This document shows positions 56,440 to 64,000 of a stretch of DNA of 64,000 bases, in pieces. The notes below the pieces were generated by a model. That model ran no database searches, was not told the origin of the DNA, and saw only the letters and a list, made by a program, of their open reading frames with translations. The stretch is from the human T2T-CHM13v2.0 reference genome, Homo sapiens. Made by a program: the position numbers and the translations under genes. The DNA lies in NCBI RefSeq assembly GCF_009914755.1, contig NC_060935.1, one strand, 5' to 3'. The stretch's first letter is position 1; each line of letters begins with the position of its first letter.

Positions 56440-57310
56440 GCAATTTTTTCATGTTAGTCATTGTGTTAAATACTTATATTAGTATGTGTTAATCCTCTGA
56501 GGAAATATTTGAGGAACATATATATTAGGGTTTACTAATTTATAGCTGAGGAAATCAGGAATTAGAGAAGCTAGATAAATTGCTAAAATGTCATACAGTT
56601 CTTACGTAGCAAAACCAGGCTTCCTGTTTAGATTTATTTCATAAGAAAGCACATATTTTCTACTATCTGTCAAGCCAGGAGATCCTAAGAAATTTCCAAC
56701 AACACTGCTTAAATATGATTTATTTTAATTTGTTAATGAGTGTATTAAAATTAGGAAGGATAGTTTGGCTTAAGATACACAATTAGAGACCACAGATATA
56801 AAGATATTAATAAACGGGGCATCCCAAAAGTCAAAGACTGTGAATCTTTATCCCAGCTCTGTGACAAGCTTGTGTTATCTGGGGCATATTATTTCCGGTT
56901 TTAGGCCTCAGTCTCCCCATATTTATTATAATGGGATTGAATTTGCCTAACTACAAGGACCCTTTCTGGATACATATTCCGTAATTCTTCCATGTACTTC
57001 CAAGTCTCCCAAATCTAGTTCCCAGGTTATTTGAGATTAAAAGGTCACAAGTGATCCAGGTAGTTTGACTTGTGTCATATATGCATTAGGAGTTATTAAA
57101 TTCTTAATATATATGGCACTGTTCTTAAAAGTTTAATTCTTTTCAACAAAACCATGAATTGAGTTTAATTATTATCCTCAGATTACAAGTAAGGAAACTG
57201 AAAACTTAAAGGCTGAGTAAATTTCCCAGTGTTAGATAATTATTAGTTATAAACTCCAGGATTCTAAACTAGATGTTTTAGTCAAAGAGTTTGTGCTTTT
57301 AATTATTTTC
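56440..57310. mobile_element. Cluster of MIR fragments (~56440-56660 -, ~56830-56990 +, ~57080-57310 -)
   Basis: GCTGAGGAAATCAGG, CCCAGCTCTG...GCCTCAGTCTCCCCAT, AAGGAAACTGA cores. Confidence 0.65.
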
Positions 57311-57532
57311 CTTCTCTGTCTTTGTCATCACCAGATGGCTATACCCCATATCTATCTGCAGAGCAGTTTCTCATTCTAAAGAATCCTAAAACATAGGCCA
57401 TGGGGCTGGGGTGCAATTTAGTTAATTATCTTAGAAAAAGTCCCCTCTAAATCATTCTTGAGGACTAGCTTTATGAAGTGACTTGAGTTTCATTTGTATA
57501 AACTGAATCAGCTTAGACCATATGCCAAAGAT

Positions 57533-57558
57533 AATGATATGATATGATATGATATGAT
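57533..57558. repeat. (ATGAT)n pentanucleotide microsatellite
   Basis: ATGATATGATATGATATGATATGATA. Confidence 0.9.
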
Positions 57559-58689
57559 AATTTTCCATCTATAATTTTCTTCAGTGTCACAATGTGTATT
57601 ATAAGTTTACTCTTATGAATACAGATGCAAAAGCCCTCAAAAAATGCCAGAAAATTGAACCTAGCAATATATAAAAAGGATTATACACCATGATCATGTG
57701 AGTTCTGTCTTAGGAATGCAAGGTTGATGTAATATCACAAAATAAATCAGTGTAACATACCACGTCGGTAGAATAAAGGACAAGAACTATGTGGTCATCT
57801 CAAAAGATACAGAATAAGTATGTGACAAAATTTAGCCTAATAAAATCACTTAACAATCTTGGAACAGAAAAAAAAAAAAATTCCCCAATCTGATAAAAGG
57901 TGTCTACAAGAAAACCAGAGCTAACAACATACTTAATAGTAAAAGGCTGCTGTTTCCCTGAGATCAGGAACAAGATAAGGATATCTACTCACCATTTCTA
58001 TTACATTGTATTATAGGTTCAAGCCAGGGAAGATAAGCAATAAAATGGAATAAAAAGCATCAAGGTTAGAAAGAAATTAATAAAACTATCTGTATTTTAA
58101 AATGGCAAATATTGTATACAGAAAATTATTAAACTTCACTGAAAAAAGTAGAATAAACGAGTTCAGCAAGATTGCAGGATAAAAGTTAAATATACAAAAT
58201 CATTTACACTTTTATACATTGGCAAACAGCAGCAGACCAGAATTGAAATTAAGAAAAGAAATTCCATTTAGAATTGTGTTAAAAAGAATAAAATACTAAG
58301 AAATAAGATTAACAAAAAAAGTGTGGACATTGTTGAAGAAATGAAGGAAGACCTAAAGAAATGGAAAGACACCCTCTGTACATGGATTAGAAGACTCAGT
58401 CTTGTTAAGACAGCAATACTCCCTAAAACTGATCTAAAGGTTCAATTTAATTCCTGTCAAAGTCCCAGATGACTTCTTTACAAGAATTGACAAGCTGATC
58501 CTGAAATTAATAGGGGAATTCCAGGGACCCAGAATAGCCAAACAATCTTGGAAAAGAAGAAACAAAGATGTAGCACTACACTTTCTGTTTTCAAAACTTA
58601 CTACAAAACTACAGTAATCAAGACAGTGTGGCACTGGCAGAGAATTCAGAACCAAAAAATAAACTCTAACATTTACAATCAATTGATTT

Positions 58690-59098
58690 TCCTTTCATTT
58701 CCTTGCCTTCCCTTTCTCTCTTTCTTTCCTCTTCCTTTCTCTCCTTTCTTTCTTCCTCTCTCTTCTTCCTTCCCTTTCTTCTTTCTTCTTCTTCTTTTTT
58801 TTATTTTTTCCTTTTTTTTATACAGGACTTACTCTGTTGTCCAGGCTGGAGTGCAGTGCCATGATCATAGCTAACTGCAGCCTTGATCTCCTCAGCTCAA
58901 GTGATCCTGCCTCAGACTCCCAAATAGCTGAGACTACAGTTGTGCATCACCACACCTGGATAAATTTTTTAAAAATTTATTAGTAGAGATGAGGCCTCGC
59001 TATGTTGGCCAGGCTAGTTTTAAATGGTTCAGCTCAAGTGATCCTCTCACCTCAGCCTCCCAAAATGGTGAGATTATATGCATGAGCCACAGTGCCTG
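58690..59098 (-). mobile_element. AluJ with long CT-rich degenerate tail (58690-58820)
   Basis: CCAGGCTGGAGTGCAGTGCCATGATCATAGCTAACTGCAGCC (J-type). Confidence 0.9.
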
Positions 59099-59645
59099 AA
59101 CTCAATTTATTTTTAATAAAGGTGCCAAGAAAATTTAATGAGAAAAGAACATGTGTTTCAATAAAAGATGCTGGGACAATGCCTATTTGCAAAAGAATGA
59201 ACTTAAATCTATATACCACAACACATAGAGAAATTAACTAAAAATGAATCAAATGCCTAATTTTAATATCTAAAACTATGAAACTCTTAGAAAACATCAT
59301 AGATTAAATCTCTGTGACTCTAGAGTAAGCAAAGATTTCTTGATATGACCAAAAACACAAGCAACAAAAGGATTAGATAAACTTGACAGTGCTAAATTAA
59401 AAGCTTCTATGCCTTAAAGGACACCATTAATAAAGGAAAAAAACAATTCACAGAATGGATGAAATTGGTTGTCATGTATTTTATAAGGGTTTGGATCTAG
59501 AATATATAAAGAACTATTATAATTCAATAATCAAAAGACAACCCAATTAAAAATGAACAAAGGGCTTGAATAGATATTTCTCCAAAGAAGATATACAAGT
59601 GGCCAATATATGCATAAAAATATGTGCATAAAATTATGCTCAACA

Positions 59646-60080
<435 letters not shown>

Positions 60081-61269
60081 TCAAGTGGTTAAACATAGAG
60101 CTACTGTATGGCCAGTGAATCCTCTCATATAAATATACACAAGATAAACGAAGGTACATGTTCATACAAAAACCTGGCACAAATGTTTATGGCAGCATTA
60201 TTCATAAAGACCAAAATCTGAAAACAACTCAATTGTGTCAATTGATGAATGGATAAATAACATATAATTCCATACAATGGAATTTTATTCAGCAATAAAA
60301 AAGAAATGAAGCACTGATGCATGCTACAACATGGATAAACTAAAAAGAATAGGCCAAGTGAAAAAAACCAGTCACAAAGGACTATCTATTTTATTGATTT
60401 CATTTCTATGAAATTTCCAGAATAGGCAAATCTATAAAGATAGAAAGTAGACTATGTATTGTTTATGTTTGCTGGGATGAAGGAATTCATGGGTGACGGC
60501 TAATGACTGCAGGGTTCTTCTTGAGCTAATGAAATGTTCTAAATTGATTGTGATGATGGATGAACAATTCTTGTGAATATACTAAAAGGCACTGAAGTGT
60601 TTCCTTTAAATGGATGAATTGTATGATAAGTGAATTATATGTCAATGCAATTATTTTTAAAATGTAAGTCTAGCCAATTTGAAACAAATAGTAATACTAT
60701 GCAGATTTCGTCATTATTGGTTTGCTTTACATTTTAAGACCAATTGTCCCTCAGAAATAATACCACTTCTTAATTTCTCAGCCTCCAAAGCATGGGACTA
60801 TACCTGCATTTCCATATCTTAAGGGTGAATCCTGTTGTTCTCAAATAATTCAGAACAAAAAGAGAGGACATTAACAGAATATGTGCGGAAGGAGTGAAAA
60901 AAAAGTTTCATGGAAAAATTAGCTCTTTTTAGAAATAAAATCTCTGAATTAGAAGGTTTTAAAAAAATACATTATTTTTCCTATTTATTCTCTCCTGACT
61001 CATTATCAGAAGGTGTTAATTTATATCCCTGTCACCAGTGGACTATTTAGTGGCTCATGTTTACCTCTTAAAATGTTCCATTCTGTTTTTAACTAGTCTG
61101 TGAGAAAGCTCTTCCTTATATTAAGTAGAAATCTCTTTCTCAATATGTTGAAACTTGAGTGCCTCAGTTTTTCATCCCTTAAGGCCAACAGATGAATCGT
61201 ATTTCTCCTTTCATGACTACCCTTCACTGATTTGCAAGTATCTATCATGCCCAGAAGCAAAGAGGTAAG

Positions 61270-61470
61270 ATGGAATAAGCACAAGAATATAATCCAGAAA
61301 GGCTGTATCTGGGGCCTTGGGCAAATTACTTAACATCTGAGTTTCACTTTCACATCTGCAATTTGACAAAAATAACATCTACCTTGCAGAATTCTAAATG
61401 AAATTTGTTGGGTAGCTTCTTTTTTTAAAAAAGTGCCTAGTGGAAGATAGGTGTTCTAAAACATTAGTTC
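61270..61470 (+). mobile_element. MIR
   Basis: GCCTTGGGCAAATTACTTAACATCTGAGTTTCACTTTCACATCTGCAA. Confidence 0.75.
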
Positions 61471-62545
61471 CCTCCTCTTCACTATCATTTGCTTCTCCTT
61501 GTATCCAATAAACTTTCCAGCTAGTCCAATGATCTGTAATGTAACATGATTTTAAATAAAATGTGCAAACAATGCATGATCTATAAGTTTAGACCCAACT
61601 AAGAAATAAGCAGAGGAGATTTCTCTGACCTCATAGAGATTTAGGAAGCCTGATTTGCTTGGAATTCACAATATTTGTCTCCCACATAAGCTGAACATAT
61701 ACCCTTCCCTCCTCTGGCTATATGTAAGAAATTCTCATTTTGCAAAAAAACTAAAACTCACTCATGTGCCTCAGGAACAGAGACAACTTCTCTCTGAATT
61801 CCTTTCAACCCTACAGAGAACTTGTGTTTTGAATTTGTTTTCTTGATTGTTCTTGCTTCTATTTTGTCATGGACATGAATTTATTCTAGATACATAATAG
61901 TGCTAATGAGCTTGGATATAATTCAGGATATTCAGGCATGATAGTATTAAATTTTTAGGGATAGGAAGAAAATAATCTTTTAAAGCAGGTTCAGTGAATA
62001 TGACCATTGTGCTCAGTACTTTCCTCACAACAATCCTAAGCATTTACTATTATTATCTGCATCTTAAATATAAAAAAAAAGAGGGTCTGAGAAGTAGAGA
62101 GGCTCTAATAAATTATGCCATTCTATCTCCAGAGGTTTCCTCTCGATTGCATGCTGCAGTAGCAGACTTGGGTAGCAATTATTCCAACTTTATGTAACAA
62201 TTAAGATTGGGCTCAGGAAAACTCCTAAACATGATTGTTATGGTTTGATTGCCTTTACAGGAAAGAAAAATAAAATAAATAAATGAGTGCTTGTTTAGCC
62301 AATCAGGAAATCTAAGTCCTAATTCTGGCCATGCCACTAAATGACTGTGGGATCCTGATCAAGTCACTACTTCTGTAAAATAATACTAACAGTTATATAG
62401 AAAGCATTCACTATGTAGGATTTTAAGTGAAACATATTTTTTTTTAAAAAAACCTTCAAATATTCTATATCTTTCCACCTCTATCTCTACCTATATTTTT
62501 TTGTAATGGGTGACATTGAAAAACCATACATCTGCATAATTTATC

Positions 62546-64000
62546 TGATATGGTTTGGCTGTGTCCCCACTCATATCTCATCTTGAATTGCAGCTCCCAT
62601 AATTCTTATGTGCTGGGGGAGAGACCTGGTGGGAGCTAAGTGAATCATGATGGCAGGTCTTTTCCATGCTGTTCTTGTGATAATGAGTAAGTCTCATGGG
62701 ATCTGATGGTTTTATAGGGGAGTTCCCCTACAGAAGCTCTCTTGCCAGCTACTGTGTAAGATGTGTCCTCGCTCCTTCTTTGCCTTTTGCCATCATTGCG
62801 AGGCCTCTCAGACATGTGGAATTATGAGTCAATTATACCACCTTTCCTTTATAAATTACCGAGTCCCAGATATGTCTTTATTAGCAGTGTGAGAATGGAC
62901 TAATACAATAAATTGGTACCAGTAGAGTGTGGCTGCTGTAAAGATACCTGAAAATATGGAAGCGACTTTGGAACTCAGTAACAGGCAGAGGTTGGACCAA
63001 TTTGGAGGGCTCAGAAGAAGATAGAAAGATGTGGGAAAGTTTGGAACTTCCTAGAGACTTGTTGAATGACTTTGACCAAAATGCTGATAGCGATATGGAT
63101 AATAAAGTCCAAACTGAGGTGGTCTCAGATGGAGATGAGATGAGGAACTTGTTGGAAACTGTAGGAAAGGTGACTCTTGCTATGTTTTAGCAAACAGACT
63201 GGTGCATTTTGCCCCTGCCCTAGAGATTTGTGGAATATTGAACTTGAAAGAGATGAGTTAGGGAATCTGGCAAAAGAAATTTCTAAGCAGCAAAGTATTC
63301 AAGAGGTAACTCGGGTACTGTTAAGAGTATTTAGTTTTATGTATTCACAAAGATATGGTTTGGAATGGGAACTTGTGTTTAAAAGGGGAGCAAAGCATAA
63401 AAGTTCAGAAACTTTGCAGACTGACAATGCATTAGAAAAGAAAAACCCATTTTCTGAGAAGAAATTCAAGCCCACTGTAGAAATTTGCATAAGTAACGAG
63501 GAGCCAAATGTTAATTGCCAAGACAATGGGGAAAATTTCTCCAGGACATGTCATAGGTCTTCACAGCAGCCCCTCCCATCACAAGCCAGGTGGCCTAGGA
63601 GGAAAAAACAGTTTTGTGGGCCAGGCCCAGGGAGTTGCTGCTTTGTACCAACTTGGGACTTGGTTTCCTGCATTCCAGCTGTGGCTAAAAGGGCCAACAT
63701 AGAGTTCAGGCCATTGCTTCAGAGAGTGCAAACCCCAAGCCTTGGTGGCTTACAAATGGCATTGGGCCTGTGGGTACACAGAAGTCAAGAACTGAGATTT
63801 GGGAACATCAGCCCAAATTTCAGAGGATGTATGAAAATGCCTGGATGTCCAGGCAGAGGTGTGCTGCAGGGCTGAGTCCTCATGGAGAACCTGTGCTAGG
63901 GCAGTGAGGAAGGAAAATGTGGGTGCAAGCCCCCACACAGAGTCCCCACTGGGGCACTGCCTAGTGGAGCTGTGAGAAGAGGGCCATCGTCCTCCAGACC
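62546..64000 (+). mobile_element. THE1 MaLR: 5'LTR 62546-62907 plus internal region, continues past the window
   Basis: TGATATGGTTTGGCTGTGTCCCCAC...GGACTAATACA, then AAATTGGTACCAG and THE1-int homologous to 13939-15010. Confidence 0.95.

Overview
AT-rich, CpG-depleted primate genomic DNA, probably human or another great ape (Alu J/S/FAM, L1PA3-like, L1PB, THE1). There is no CpG island, no recognisable cellular protein-coding gene and no RNA gene. A large part of the window is interspersed repeats. These include a ~10 kb nested stack built on an ancient L1ME (12.9-22.9 kb, holding a full-length THE1, an L1PB, an inverted L1PA and four Alus), a 2.4 kb L1PA inside another old L1M (27-30.5 kb), a two-LTR, internally deleted ERVL provirus (46.4-49.8 kb, - strand), an L1MB (57.6-60.7 kb) and a second THE1 running off the window end. 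The recognisable long ORFs are L1 ORF2, THE1-int or ERVL remnants. Unique sequence holds a few splice-signal-bounded candidate (lnc)RNA exons and homeodomain-motif-dense candidate enhancers. The most unusual pattern: in two independent places, a younger L1 inserted in the same orientation into an older L1 is 5'-truncated almost exactly at the homologous ORF2 position of its host, suggesting homology-guided 5' joining. I found no convincing new gene system. Repeat subfamily names come from recalled consensus features, not from a RepeatMasker run, and boundaries of old repeats are approximate.
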